Of a DNA stretch of 64,000 bases, positions 35,239-48,616 are shown one piece after another. How positions within the stretch are numbered: position 1 is the first letter of the stretch; each line of letters starts with the position of its first letter. Source of the DNA: Podarcis vaucheri (taxonomy: Eukaryota); assembly GCA_965113315.1 (NCBI GenBank), contig OZ220370.1; one strand, written 5' to 3'. The notes beneath the pieces are model-generated. The model did not search any database. It saw only the letters and a list, made by a program, of their open reading frames with translations, and was not told the origin of the DNA. A program made the position numbers and the translations under genes.

Positions 35239-37969
35239 GTATGCTGAAGTTGTAGTGAAAATGCATGGCCACCTTGGGGATTATTTTTAAATCTGGGATT
35301 GGTCTTCAACATTTGGATCACTCTTATGAGTGATTGATTGATTCATTTCATTTAACAGATTTCTAAACTGCTTCCCAGCCAGAGTCCACCAAAGCCATCT
35401 ACAATATAAAAATAGGATAAAACACGGAACCCAATTTCTAAAAGCAATAGAATCGTTTTTAGAAAACTAAAAACAATAAAAGCGTAACTGCAAATATGCA
35501 ATCAATATTCCATAAGTGATGGGGTCCTCCATCACGGAAAGCCTTCTTGAATAATAATAAAAAAATGTCTTCAGTAGGTGCATACACATTGTGCTTGTCT
35601 AATTTTGGCTGATCCTTAATTCTAGACAGCTGGAGCTGAAACACCAAAAGCCCAGTTTCCAGTGCCAACTATGTGCACCTCTAGAGCACGAGGAACTCTC
35701 AGCAGTTTGAGGAGTGCAGTTGCTAGGCAGGGTAGCAACCTGGTTCTAAGATGCTTAGGTCTTCAAATGCTAAAAGCAGAACATTGAACTGTATCTGGCA
35801 GCGTTTTGGCAACAGTGCAGTTCCCTCTGCAGAGGTGTAATATCATGCCAAAGCTTAGAGCAAAAGTTATGTATTGCCCATTCCAAGAACATCTGAGCCT
35901 TGAAATTCCTCACCAACCATCCCAAGAGACCTTGTGGCTTGACCAAACATGATGGACTCTATTCAACCACTTGTTACTTAAGTATGGTTACATCCCAATT
36001 TCAATAATCACCAGGGCATTTCTCTTAATGCATTTCTCTTCCAGATTTCTCTGCCAGACCTCTCCTCCATCTTTGTTTTTCCATTAAAATGGTTGTCACT
36101 TATTTATCTCCAGATTACTTCTTCTCGGAGGCAGCTGAGCACTGTTTTTCATGCTTGTTGAACTCAATTACGAGCAGCACCTCTTCTGTGCTTCACTTCC
36201 CATGTCATGGCCTCATCCAAGTTCTATGATCTTCCATCAAGGCCTTGACCCTCCCACCCTCCAACCAGCTTCTTGAGTGGACTCAAATTTCAATTGCTAA
36301 TTCTTGTCTCGGGTCAATTGAACTTGTTTGTTTGATTTTATTCTAAGTTGCAAAATGGGGATACCTTTTAAGATTAATGTCTAGTTACATGCACAAACAC
36401 ATACACACTTGAACAAGCTGCATAACCTTGTTCCCCTGAGCAATAATGATTTACCCAGGGCCACCAAGTCACCTTGAGCACCCACTGCTGGTCTATTAAG
36501 AGATGCATATTACCTAATTGTATGCCTCACTTTGCGAGATCTGAAAGGCAAATATTTAACATGCCACCATCTCTCTGTAGATACAAAAGTATTTAATATA
36601 GCATCCTTTCAACTAGAGTGCTGCAGCACAAAAATGGCCAATGCATGCTCCAGCACAAAGCCGGTTCATTCAGCTTCTCAGCATTGCTAATAAATTGTAA
36701 TCAAAGAATTGTGGAAGTTTTATTGGAGTTTGTGAAAGGGAAAGAAGCAATGATGTCCCATTTGCCTTCCATTGCTTGGTTTTGTTCTTAATATGGTTTC
36801 ACGCCACTCCAATCTCTGAGAGGTGCAAGATTTCAGGGTTTCCAGGTGCTTACCTAGGGTTCATGTTTCCTTTTGGAATAAGGCACAGAGGAGACTGTAG
36901 TATCTTTGTCGTGTATGGTTTATTTAAACATATACACTGTACAACCGAAGCCTATGTTGAAGGGTTTCACAGCATTAAGATCCCAAGGGGGTCTTGTTTC
37001 TCCCATAACCACAGCCTTGGTTTCCAGCAGAAATCAGGCCCAGCTCTCTCTCTGCCTTTTCAACCCGGCACTTTTGCATCCTGCTTTTAGCTCACATCAC
37101 TCAGTTCCCGACTCTGGCCTTTTGTTCTTCTAACTAACCAGGGAGGGAGACCCACCTATTTTCCCTTTGTCACAGGGCTACTCGCTTTGTTCCCAAAAGG
37201 AAAGCCTCTCTCCTTTGTTCATATTTAGCAGGCCATTAACATGCTAACCTGGCTATTCCAGCAATTGAATCCATGCTGGAATAGTTACATAAGATGAAAT
37301 GTTTTGGGGGAGGGGGTGGGTCTGAAAATAAAGCAACTTACATAAGATGAAATTTAAAGCAACCTATAGCAATTGGGATAGGTTTGACTGAGAAGTGGTG
37401 AGTCTTATGGTGAAGTGACAACTATAACTCTGGTCTGCAGGCCTTAGTTCAACATTCCAACCACACAGGCTCTTGGGGGAACAAAACAAGAGATAATTCA
37501 AATCAAATATTACAGTGTTTTTCACCTTTCACTGTTTGGGAATCTTTTTTTCTTTGAATTTGCATGATGAGGGTGTGAAAACAGTATCCTAACAGTTGCT
37601 TAGAAAAACAACTTTCATTCCCCCCCTCCAAAAAAAAAAAAAAAACAACCCACAGGGGCATGCCTATTTATCTGTTCAGAAGCAGAAAATTAGCAACAGA
37701 GAGATGATGCCTCAAAGAAGGAAACAGCTAATTACAGACACATTTCATATATCCTCCAACTTTTGTCACTTTCGGTGACAGGATCAGAGATATCAATGTG
37801 GCTCCATGTTTGAATCTGTTTAGAAAGTGACATATTTCCCTGTACAAGTAGAACAAGTGTGCAGCACCTGAAGCCAAATTTAGTTTGTATCATCTCAGAT
37901 GAATTGATAATATTCTGGACATGTGGCAGATATGTTTGGAAAATTAACTTAAAAGCCAGGAGGCAAAGG

Positions 37970-38265
37970 CAGTGGCGGAGAAACCCTCTCCGACACCTGG
38001 GGTGGGACGTCGAGGGATGGGGCAAACTGCCTGGCGATGCACGCACGACGTCTGTGCGTGTGTGGCATTCCATATGGACGCCCGTATGGATGGTGCGTGC
38101 GAGTGGCAGCCTGTAAGGATGCCATGCGAGAGGCGCCCATACTGACTGTGTGCATGCCCTCGGGTGCTCTACAGCTGTGGGGAGGCAGCAGGCCATCTTG
38201 TCACACACCCCGGAGTGATGCCCAGGGTGGCCTGCCCCCTCCACCCCGCCCTTCGTACACCCCTG
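37970..38265. mobile_element. GC-rich hAT-type MITE
   Basis: Termini CAGTGGCG / CACCCCTG; perfect 8-bp TSD GGCAAAGG (37962-37969, 38266-38273). Confidence 0.85.
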
Positions 38266-39446
38266 GGCAAAGGAGTTCTTTTTCATGGATTTGGAAGCAA
38301 ACGTCAAGTGTTGAAAAAGTCTTAAAATGTTTTAAATAGCATGCAAATTATTCACAAGAATAGTAATAACATACCAACATGCAAGCATGTAATACAACAC
38401 CTTCACTCAGCTCCTGGGAGCACCAAGGATACAGCAGCAGAAAGGACCCCAATCTGGTCAATGGACCCCAAAGCACCCATGCCAGCTTCCAGCTCTGTGC
38501 CAAATCTCAGCTTAGATCAAATGCTAAAGCTTATCTCTATGAGGTGCATTTGCTAAATTACCTATACCTGACACCAGGGGGGACTCATGATCTGGGCCAG
38601 CAGGTAAGCAACGTAATTAATTTTGGGAGCCTCCCAATGTACTGCAGCTGTGTTATCTCAAAACAGGGAACACTCCCGTGAATTAGGAATTTTGGCTTGG
38701 AAGGCAGTCAAGTCAGCGTGATTTAGCATTAAACTACTGTCAGACTTAGGAGAACAGTGAAGCCCTTCTTCTCTGACAGGCCACATATAATGGTGACATG
38801 AAGGACCAATTATTGCCAGGCCAATATACCTCCTTGAGATACTTTATGTCTCCCAGTGTTTCCAATACACCTCTGGTTACAGTATTTATTTCAGTCTCAA
38901 AATATGCTTTGAACATTGCCAGTGGGAAAGTTGGGACTGATTTGGAATGGAGACACGGAGAAAGCATTAGGGACCCATTCTATTTCTCACTGCTTCTGTG
39001 CTCTAAGTTGATCCATTCAGCATGACTTTCCTTAAAAACCAAGTCCTGGAACTTGATGGCAATTTATGGATGTGTGCAATTATTTGTTTATTATTTATTA
39101 ATTACATTTATATACCACCCTTCATCTGAAGAACCACAAGGCGGTTCACCACATATAAATACAAAATGAGAACACAAAATACACAATAAAACAAACAAAC
39201 AAACACAATGGCCGACTGAGCTCTGACTCAAAGTGCCCCGCTACCCACAAAGGCCATGATTGGCCACTTAGAATTCAAGACTTTGGCTAGCTATCCCTCT
39301 TCCTTCTTTGCAATCAGCCAGGGCTGAAAATATAGCTGGCCTGTCACAGGAGATAAGGTGTCACTCTTTACAACTCTCAGGGCTGCATCAGACTGCTATC
39401 CTGGCTCCTCTTCAGAGGTATATGGTCTTTATCAGTCAGGTTGTTA

Positions 39447-39819
39447 CAGTGGTGCCCCGCAAGACGAATGCCTCAAAGACGGAAAACTCGCTAGACGAAA
39501 GAGTTTTCTGTTTTGGAGGTGCTTCGCAAAACGAATCTCCTATGGGCTTGCTTCGCAAGACGAAAATGTCTTGCGAGTTCCTGCGGGGTTTTTTCCCTCC
39601 CCCCCTTTTTCTAAGCCACTAAGCCACTTATCAGCTGATCCGATAAGCCGATAAGCCGCTAAAAGCCGCTAAAAGCCGCTAAAAGCCGCTAAAAGCCGCT
39701 AAAAGCCGCTAAAAGCGCTAATCCGCTAATCCGTCAATGGGCTTGCTTCGCAAGACGAAAAAACCGCTAGACGAAGAGAATCACAGAATGGATTCTTTTC
39801 GTCTTGCGAGGCACCACTG
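39447..39819. mobile_element. Tc1/mariner MITE with internal tandem array
   Basis: TIR CAGTGGTGCCCCGCAAGACGAA / TTCGTCTTGCGAGGCACCACTG, TA TSD; (AAAAGCCGCT)5 at 39661-39710. Confidence 0.92.
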
Positions 39820-41257
39820 TATTTGCTTAGAAATGTTCTATTTACCTAGGAGAGACTAATTGTTGCTAGCTGCAACTGGACTGAGGTCACTTTTCACTTC
39901 AGTCCTCTTGTATCTTTAATTGATTTGATTTGCCTAGCCATTTCATCTCTTTCTTAAATCATTTTAGTGAACTATCTAATGAATCACTATGCTGTAATTG
40001 GCAATAGCGTCATGGGTTTGTTTTTTCCCCTTTCCTTCCTTGCAAATGGATACATAGCATATCAAATGAGCTATTTGAAGTGTCAAATTTCAAGGGCAAT
40101 TTTATGATGCTTAATAGTCTTTCCAGTGGCTAACCACAGCATCCCTTTGTTAACAAACAAGCAATCATCATTTTCATCCCCCCCCCTTCTTCTTTTTTTG
40201 TCATTAAGATTGCAAATGAATTGAATGGCTTCTTAATGCTGGACTAGAGGGGCTTCTTGAGTCTGGTACATTATGAAAGGGACAGATTAAAGTGCTATCT
40301 TTGTATAGAAATGAGATACTTGATTCTAAGCAATGTGGTTTCATGCAGAACAAGCTACGCAGATAAAGAGAGAGGACTAAAAATAAAAACGCCTCCCTAA
40401 AGTGCCTTTGTATCTTAATAGAAAAAAGGGCATTTCACGGTATGGCCCAACTGTTCAAAATGTTGTAATGTATGTTTTGAAACAACAGGCAAAGGAAGGA
40501 AGCATTATCTGAGAATTATCTCTTTTATGATGGAATGATTCGCAGAATTGCACAAAGTCCTAAGCTTTGTTTGTTACTGTGGATCCTGCCAACCTTTCTG
40601 ACTCTTGGCAGATGAAAATAGGTGTGCGCTATTGTGTACTTTGTCACTCCTCTATTATCACACCGAAGATCGCTGCCTGCTTGGAAATCGCAAGCTGTGC
40701 ACTTTATTTGGCACGTTACCATTAATGCAGGTGCGTTAAAATGAAGAGCGCATCTATTATCCACTCAGAGATTTAACTTTTATGGGCAAACTAGATGCCA
40801 TTTCTGCAATTTTGTAAACAGCATTTTTGTAAAAAAGCAAATTGCTGTGGAGGCGGGGGGCTTTAAGGGGTCCTGATCCAGACTTCCTCTCCACATTGAG
40901 GGGGGGGGGAAGCTTACATGCAAATGGCAGGCATGCGGGGGGGGGGAGGCAGGCTGATCCAGACTGGGACTACAGTGAAGCTAAAAAGTCAAAGCCCTCC
41001 ATCCCCAATCCCGATATCATGGTTCCACTATGGATCCGTGCCTCACATTTACAATTTGCTTTTCAAAAAACATGCTAATTTTCTGAATGCAGTCTCATTT
41101 TTGGAGACAAAGGAGAAATAACTAAAACCTGAAGCATGGCAACATGAGGTAACATTATTTTAAAAACGCGTCCCTAAAGTCTTTCCCAAAATGTTGCTCG
41201 CTTAGAGTAACAAGAAAGGAGTGACTATAAGGACAGACCAAATCATAGATTTTACAC

Positions 41258-41513
41258 CAGGGGTAGGCAAACTAAGGCCTGTGGGCCGGATGCGGCCCAA
41301 TCACCTTCTCAATCCAGCCCGTGGACAGTCCAGAAACCAGCATGTTTTTACATGAGTAGAATGTGTCCTTTTATTTAAAATGCATCTCTGGGTTATTTGT
41401 GGGGCATAGGAATTCATTCATTCCCCCCCCCCAAAAAAATAAAGTCTGGCCCTCCACAAGGTCTGAGGGATGGTGGACTGGCCCACAGCTGAAAAAAAAA
41501 TTGCTGATCCCTG
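41258..41513 (-). mobile_element. hAT MITE, same family as 6975-7294
   Basis: TIR CAGGGGTAGGCAA / TTGCTGATCCCTG; perfect 8-bp TSD TTTTACAC (41250-41257, 41514-41521). Confidence 0.92.
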
Positions 41514-41559
41514 TTTTACACCATTCTATTATGGCTTCTCCCAAAGAATCCTAGGAATT

Positions 41560-41725
41560 ATAGTCACAGCTCAGGGATAGATCTCATGCCTTGCATGTGA
41601 AAGGTCTCAGTCCCTGGTGTCTACAGGTAGGGCCGGGGAGCATAACCCTGATGAGCTGCTGCCAGCCAGTACTGTGCTAGTTGGATCAATGGTCTGACTT
41701 TGTAGAAAGAAGCTTCCTATGTTCT
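41560..41725 (+). mobile_element. Old tRNA-derived SINE (Squam2-like)
   Basis: CAGCTCAG..TTGCATG..AAGGTCTCAG..CAGGTAGGGC..GCTGCCAG..GCTAG.TGGA.CAATGGTCTGACT..GCTTCCTATGTTC. Confidence 0.65.
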
Positions 41726-42023
41726 ACAGGGAAAATGTCAATGTTGGAAATTCTGATTGGCAAGCAGAAGCTGTCAGGTTGAGTTCCAACCATCTTCATA
41801 GAGAGCTGAGAGAGAGACACCCCAATCTGAAATTGGAGAGAGCTGTTACCTGTCCTTGCATGCAGTATTGTCCCCTGTGGTAGTCTGATGTGGATACAGA
41901 GAACTCTCAGTTACGGAGTTCAAATGCTGCTCCCCAAACTAAAGTTCCCAAGATTCCTTGGGGCAAAGGAATGCTTGTGAAACCAGCTTTGTCCTTAGTG
42001 AGGATGTGTCCCATATCTTAATA

Positions 42024-42411
42024 GGTAAAAAAAAAAGAGTAAAGGACCCCTGGATGGTTAAGTCCAGTCAAAGGTGACTTTGGAGGGTAGTACTCATCTT
42101 GCTTTCAGGCTGAGGAAGCCGGTGTTTGTCCACAGGCAGCTTTCCCGGACATTTGGCCAGCATGACTAAACCGCTCCTTGTGCAACAGAACACCGTGATG
42201 AGTCCCAGAGCACACAGAAATGCCATTTACCTTCCTGCTGCAGTGGTACCTATTTATCTACTTGCACTGGTGTGCTTTCGAACTGCTAGGTTGGCAGGAA
42301 CAGGAATGGAGCAACAGGAGCGCACCCCGACACGGGGATTCAAACCGCTGACCTTCTGATCAGCAAGCCCAAGAGGCTGAGTAGTTTGGACCACAGTGCC
42401 ACCCGCGTCCC
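42024..42411 (-). mobile_element. Sauria SINE (Squam1)
   Basis: Same hallmarks as 1203-1622, ends CCACCCGCGTCCC; TTAATA on both flanks. Confidence 0.92.
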
Positions 42412-45364
42412 TTAATAACCCCTTACCTAAAATAACCCCTTACCTAAAAGCAGCCTCCTGCTACAATATGAACATTTGGTTCTTCTGTAATGTTCTGTCC
42501 TGCTCTTTATGTAATCATGAAACGACCGCCATGTTCTAGGGTAAGCGAAAACATAGGGGAGGTGAAAGTCCTTTTGTCACAGGGGATGGGATCTCAGATG
42601 CTTTTTCACTTTCACACAGACCCCACTTGGGTTGGGACCTGACCCTGCAACATGCGTAGCTTAGGTGATGTCTCCTTGTGTTCTGAATCAGGCCTGTGTA
42701 ACCTCTGGCCCACCAAATGGAACACCTCACAAATGCCCTGTTTTAAGGCTTGCTCAGTTTTTATGACAGCTGTAGGTTTCTCGATTCAGTTGCAGATGTG
42801 TTGTCACAGTCCTAGCCTAAATCTCGATGCTGAATAAGTTCTGCACTGGAATGAAAACACAAGGATTAAAACACACATACCTTTGATAGAGGTGGTTTGG
42901 AAGCAGAACATGACCTGCCCTATTGCAGCGAAGAGATTACATTTCACGTTCAGGTTTGGGACAGCTCTTTTGCAATCCCCGCAGTGGGTTTTACTTCTGT
43001 TGTACACCTTGACCTTTATGTCGTTTGCCTCCGTATCGCCCTTCAGCATCAATCTCTCATATTATAGCCCCAGAGAGGTGGCACATATCTAGTCAGGTCA
43101 TGTGTACGCGATGCTACGAACAAGCTGCTTGGTCCACGCAGGCCTGCTTGCTGCTGAAAAGGAGTGAGCACCATCAACCCCTCTCCACATCCCTGTGGCC
43201 TCATGGGTGGTTTTGGAAAAGACAAGAAAAAGCACTTACGTGCTTTTGGGGGCTCCCATACATAATTCATCGGCTTGCCTCTCCTTCTGCTGTTATCTAG
43301 AGCTCTTGCAGAATGCCCTTTTTCATCAGTCTTGAATTATGTTTTGAAAAGGTGGAGGGAACGGGAAGAGCACAGCACTCTGTATTTGTCATAGTTCTGT
43401 CTTTCACCTACCCAAATCCTCTCTTAATCTTTCCAGCTCTTTTTTTGTGATATGGAAAAGTGTGTGTGTTATTGGTGTTATATTCTATCTCTCTCTCTCT
43501 CTCCCATCCCCCATATCACCTTTATATATAGCAAGAATGTTATTGGTAAGACCTTGATGCATTATTCCTGTTGTTTTAAAACTCATACTTCAACAGATCT
43601 TTTATTACTGCACTTCCTTCCATGCTAAATTCATCATGATTTTATTTTAGGTTCTTGTCTTTAAAAAGAAAGCCTGTGGTTTTTAACTTGTTCCTTCACC
43701 ACATGACTGCTCTGATTGGGGTGACTTTGTGTATTAAAAACAAAATCCATGTTGGTAGTTGCAATACCGTACCTGTAAATACTGATTTTTGTCTGAAAAA
43801 GAACTGTAGGTGATGGTAATATCACTGCTGCCATTAATATCTGTGGTTTATGATTTTTGCAGGTCAGTTCATGAGGACAGATGTGATATGCAATTTCATA
43901 GCGACCTGGGGAAATTGCCATGTAGAAATAATGCAAATGCAAGAGGATGTGTTCTTAATTCACTTTTTACCTCCTTTCCTTTCCATACCCTGCAGCAACC
44001 ATTTGGTGACCTGTGCCCACAACATTTTATCAAATTCCCACATGTAGCCACAGGCTCAAAAAGGTTGAGAACCCCAGATTTGTAAGATCAACTCCTTAGA
44101 CACCAGAGTTGATGAACTTTCTGAAAGAACCTTAACACTTGTCCACATTACTCAGCAGCAGTGTTTCATAATCTTTTGCTATCTGCAGAAAACACTCCCC
44201 CCCCCCCCGAATTAAAACTGTGAAACCATTCCTTCACTGGAAAAGCTTCAATTTTTGAGCAGCACTGGGGAACGTTTTTCCTTTAAAGGCTGCATTCCCT
44301 TGGGAGTAATTTATCTGCAGTGGGAAGAGCTGGAGGGAAAGTGGACATGATCAGCCCATGCATATTTTACCCCATCCATCCAGTAACAAACAGAAATGTA
44401 CCCTATTCATTTACCCATCATCCATCCATCCTTTTTCTTTTAAAAATAGTTTTATTGTATTTCTGAAGGCCTGGGCCACTCCCACTCTCAAAGTGATTGG
44501 CTGTCTAAACCCCCAAGCTGCAAATCGTAACTCAGAGCTTAAGAGCCAAGGCCAGCAGCACAAAACCTGATAATGCTATGTGATTGGATGTCATGCATTG
44601 AATTAGAACACAGAGGTTCAGAATCCTTAGTCCAGACTCAAGCTCAGGTGAACAGAGACCACCGAATACATAACACTCATGGAAAGGACTCCTTTTGCAA
44701 TTGGATGTGGTTGGGTGACCAAAGCTCTAGGGACCATATATAGGATATACTGGAAGATGGAGAGGATATCCTTTGTGAGAAGTAGGCTCCTTAGATTTTG
44801 CCCCTGCAGGGATTCCTTGCCTGAAGCCATTGCAATAGACATTGCAGGTTGGACAGTGCAGAGGTGAAGCAGTTAATTGTTCTTCAGATCGAATGGAAAT
44901 CTGAGCTAAAAACTACTTTGGGAGTTTAAAACTCACCTCTCCTTGTAGGTGGGCTGAAACAAGCCTGCTTAATTCTTTTCCAAGCCTGTGTCTGGAGAAC
45001 TTTTCCAGCATCTTGAAGCAGGAGGCTTGGAAAAACTGGATTGCACCCGATGTTGACACACGGCAAAATTACCGTACCTGCCCCTCTCCCCAATGGAGAA
45101 TGACTGTAAAGCAAGGGCAGAGCACTTAATCATGCAAAAAAAAAAAAAAAAAAAGCACCAGATAAATCTCTTTCCTAGGTGAGCACTTGGGCTTCCCAAG
45201 AGACTTATATCTTAAAACTAATTTATTTCTGACTAGTAGTTCTCTCACGGACACAGTTTGGGAATGACTGTGTTACACAAAGGATTTGAGAGCACATTAC
45301 AGTGTTTACCCTTTGATTGGTGTGACAAGAAATAGCTGTTGTATTTATTTCAAGCAACGCTTGG

Positions 45365-45470
45365 GGAGGCCCATAGCTCAGTGCTATAGTACATGTATTG
45401 CAAGCAAAAGGTCTCAGGTTCAGTTCTCGATACATCCAGGTAGGCTGTCTGAGATCCTGGAGAGCCACAT
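45365..45470 (+). mobile_element. tRNA-derived SINE fragment (Squam2-like)
   Basis: GGCCCATAGCTCAGTG..TTGCAAGCAAAAGGTCTCAGGTTCA..TCCAGGTAGG..CCTGGAGAGCC. Confidence 0.6.
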
Positions 45471-45642
45471 CTCCTACAGCAAAGGGTGGGTGGAAGATAG
45501 ATTGAGATCTGCTAGTAGATATCTGGACGGTTCACAAAGGATCAGTTTCTGACTGTCAACTGTTTAACAACAGCGACAACAAACAACACACAAACACCCC
45601 ACCTAAATTAGGTTGCTGAAATGAGGAAAGGTTATGAGGAGT

Positions 45643-46023
45643 AGGTAAAGGTAAAGAACCCCTGGACAGTTAAGTCCAGTCAAAGGCAACTATGGGGTTG
45701 TGGTGCTCATCTCGCTTTCAATCTGAGGGAGCCGGCATTTGTCCACAGTCAGCTTTCCAGGTCATGTGGCCAGCATGACTAAACCACTTCTGGTGCAAGA
45801 GGACACCGGGACAGAAGCCAGAGCACACGGAAACCCCATTTACCTTCCCACAACAATGGTACCTATTTATCTACTTGTACTGGCATGCTTTCAAACTGCT
45901 AGGTTGGCAGGAGCAGGGACAGAGCAACAGGAGCTCACCCTGTCGTGGGGATTCAAACTGCCAACCTTCCAATTGGCAACCTTCCAATAGACTCAGTGGT
46001 TTAGACCACAGCACCACCCACGT
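45643..46023 (-). mobile_element. Sauria SINE (Squam1)
   Basis: AGGTAAAGGTAAAG tail and GGTACCTATTTATCTACTTG core. Confidence 0.9.
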
Positions 46024-46095
46024 TTTGTATGAAGCACTGAATATTAAAAAAATAAATATTTAGGGATACTTTCATTTTCCTACTCATATTGAAAT

Positions 46096-46223
46096 TGTTG
46101 TTTAGTCGTTTAGTCATGTCCGACTCTTCGTGACCCCATGGACCAGAGCATGCCAGGCACTCCTGTCTTCCTCTGCTTCCCGCAGCTTGGTCAAACTCAT
46201 GTTGGTAGCTTTGGGAACACTGT
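46096..46223 (-). mobile_element. Short BovB 3' end inserted in a hAT-type MITE remnant
   Basis: TTGTTTAGTCGTTTAGTCATGTCCGACTCTTCGTGACCCCATGGACCAG; 11-bp TSD CATATTGAAAT / CATATGGAAAT; flanks match 55258-55436 (TTCACAAAATGTTTAGGGGTATGCATCC). Confidence 0.85.
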
Positions 46224-47749
46224 CATATGGAAATACTGCTCCTCAATGCCGCCAAACTAAGATTCACAAAATGTTTAGGGGTATGCATCCCCCTGAGGCC
46301 CCCCACCATGTTCTAATAACATTGAGTTGCAAAAAAAGGTGACTTGCAAGCCTCAAGTCTGGTCAATCAAAGCATGGACCATTCTGAGCTAGGTAGGCCA
46401 ACAGTATGACCACATGAGTGCTTCCTATACAACCAACCACCCAGGAACAGACCCTGTTTAACACACCACACCTTTTGATTCATTGATGCAGTTCACAGGC
46501 TACTAGCAAGGTTAAGACTGTGGCAGAAAGAGAAAGTGTTAAAATTATCTACCCCACCCATAGCCCCGAGGCTTCACTATGTTTGCTGTTTGTCTCTTTC
46601 TGTGTGTGTTTGTACATGAGTGAGTTATTGGCATTGTTCCAATTGGCATTGCCTTAAAATTGGCTATAAAATAGTTCATTCCAGGATCTGTTTTTTCACC
46701 TCCTCTGCCCTTCTTTTTGTGTAAATTAATGGCCAATAATCAGAAATAGGATTTTACTTAATGGACTCCACATCTGCAAAGTAACCAGAATCGGGGGAGA
46801 AGGGGAGAGAGAGAGATGGGGAGAGAGAGAGATTTGCCAGCTTATGGTGACGAGTTGCACAAACTTGAACTTCTGTATTTTTATATTTTGTTGTTGTTGT
46901 TGTTGTTGCTTTACTGGAAAGGTTTCACTGCAACCCTGTGACATGGCTTTTGCCAGGTTAATTCTGCTCCCTCTTCATCCACAGCACAGCTGTTTTATTA
47001 TGGTGATTCTTCTTTGACAGGGCAGGATGGACATGTCATATATCTTTGTTGAACTGGAATTAAACTTAACCTGGAAAGAATGAACGGCTGTCCCTTTGGT
47101 CCAAATGCACTTGCTATAAACTGCGGCTGCTAGTATGAAAACAGGTAATCGTTTGATCTGTAAGGCAGTGACTGGTGCACCAATACTAAATGCATTAACT
47201 TGGAAGTAAATCTCACAGAGGTCAATAGAAGTAGCCCGCTGAGTTCACTAACTTTTCAGACTCAGTAAGAATTACCTGGCAGACTATCACTTTATTGGCT
47301 GAATCTGTAAAAATAATGTCTGGGGCCTCCACCTGCCCTGTACATTTAAAGCAGTATTGTGTCACTTTGAACAGTCAAGATTTCCCCTAAAGAATTATGA
47401 GAAGTTTAGTTTGTTAAGGGTGCTGAGAGGCATTTGCAGTTATTAAGGGTGTTGCAAGTTCCCCTCACAGAGCTATAATTTTCAAAGTGATTTATTAATC
47501 AATTCCCTTTCCCAGGTAACTCTGGGAATTGTAGCCCTGTGAGTGGAATAGGGGGTGTCCTAACAACTTTTAGCACTTTCAGCAAGCTACATTTCCCAGA
47601 ATCCTTTGGGAGAAACCATGACTAGCTACAAAATGGCAAGTCCCACGAGTTCCTAAATGGTCAGTGGAGCTCACTTTACTTGTTAAAAGATGAGTTTTTG
47701 ATAATGCATAATGGTTTGTTAGAACTATTTGGGGAAGCTGGGTAGTAGG

Positions 47750-47808
<59 letters not shown>

Positions 47809-48616
47809 TTATTATTTATACTCCACCCATCTGGCTGGGCTTCCCCAGGCACTCTGGGCGGCTTCCAACAAAATATTAAAATACCGTAATGCATCAAACA
47901 TTAAAGGCTTCCCTAGCAATTTATAATGAACTTAAAAAAGTTTTTAAATATACTTTTCCCAAAAGACCTGAGGCCTTTTTGCTGGGAATTATGGGTAAGG
48001 AAATAAAAAATGAAGATAAAAAAATATTTCTCTATGCCACCACAGCCGCAAGAATTATGTTGGCACAAAACTGGAAAACAGAAACTATACCTAACGTAAG
48101 TGACTGGCAGGTCAAAATGATTAACTATGCCGAGTTAGATAGATTAACAGGCAGAATACGAGACCAAGACGACCAGAAATTTCAAAAAAAATGGAGTAAA
48201 TTTTGGAAATATATTGGAATGGATATATAGGAGGAACTGGCGGTATTAGAAAAACTTTATCAGCTAACAATTATAAACTTTAATAAACTAATTACGCAAT
48301 CCGGGATTTATTTGATACTTACCAAATGGGTGAAGGGAAGTCAAAGGCTAAGTAGAGCCTAATGTTTATATTATTATTTTTTGTATGATTGTACGCTTAC
48401 TTTTTGTATAGCATGAAAATAGGATGAATAATTTATGTTAATATGTCTATTTTTGTATCTGTTTGTCCTTCTTTTTCTTTTTCTTTTACAAATTCTGAAT
48501 AAAAATTTACTTGCAAAACATTAAAGGCTTCCCTAAACAGGGCTGCCTTCAGGTGTCTTCTAAAAGTCTGGTAGTTGTTTGTTCTCTTTGACATCTGGTG
48601 GGGGAGCGTTCCACAG
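47750..48616 (-). mobile_element. L2 LINE 3' fragment with (TAT)n tail, split by an L1 insertion
   Basis: Reverse complement of the 3' part of 59478-59825 in two pieces (47750-47915, 48516-48616). Confidence 0.85.
47916..48515 (+). mobile_element. L1-clade LINE 3' fragment
   Basis: ORF ..PEAFLLG..FLYATTAARIMLAQNWK..W..KMINYAELD..KKWSKF resembles L1 ORF2 C-terminus; AT-rich 3' UTR with AATAAA; 20-bp TSD AAACATTAAAGGCTTCCCTA (47896-47915, 48516-48535). Confidence 0.88.

Noticed and set aside
37732-38307. 191-aa minus-strand ORF
   Set aside because: Spans a GC-rich hAT MITE with TSD; no recognisable domain.
41648-41712. CTGATGA..GAAA as a hammerhead ribozyme core
   Set aside because: Lies in a decayed SINE; no stems I-III could be formed around the core.
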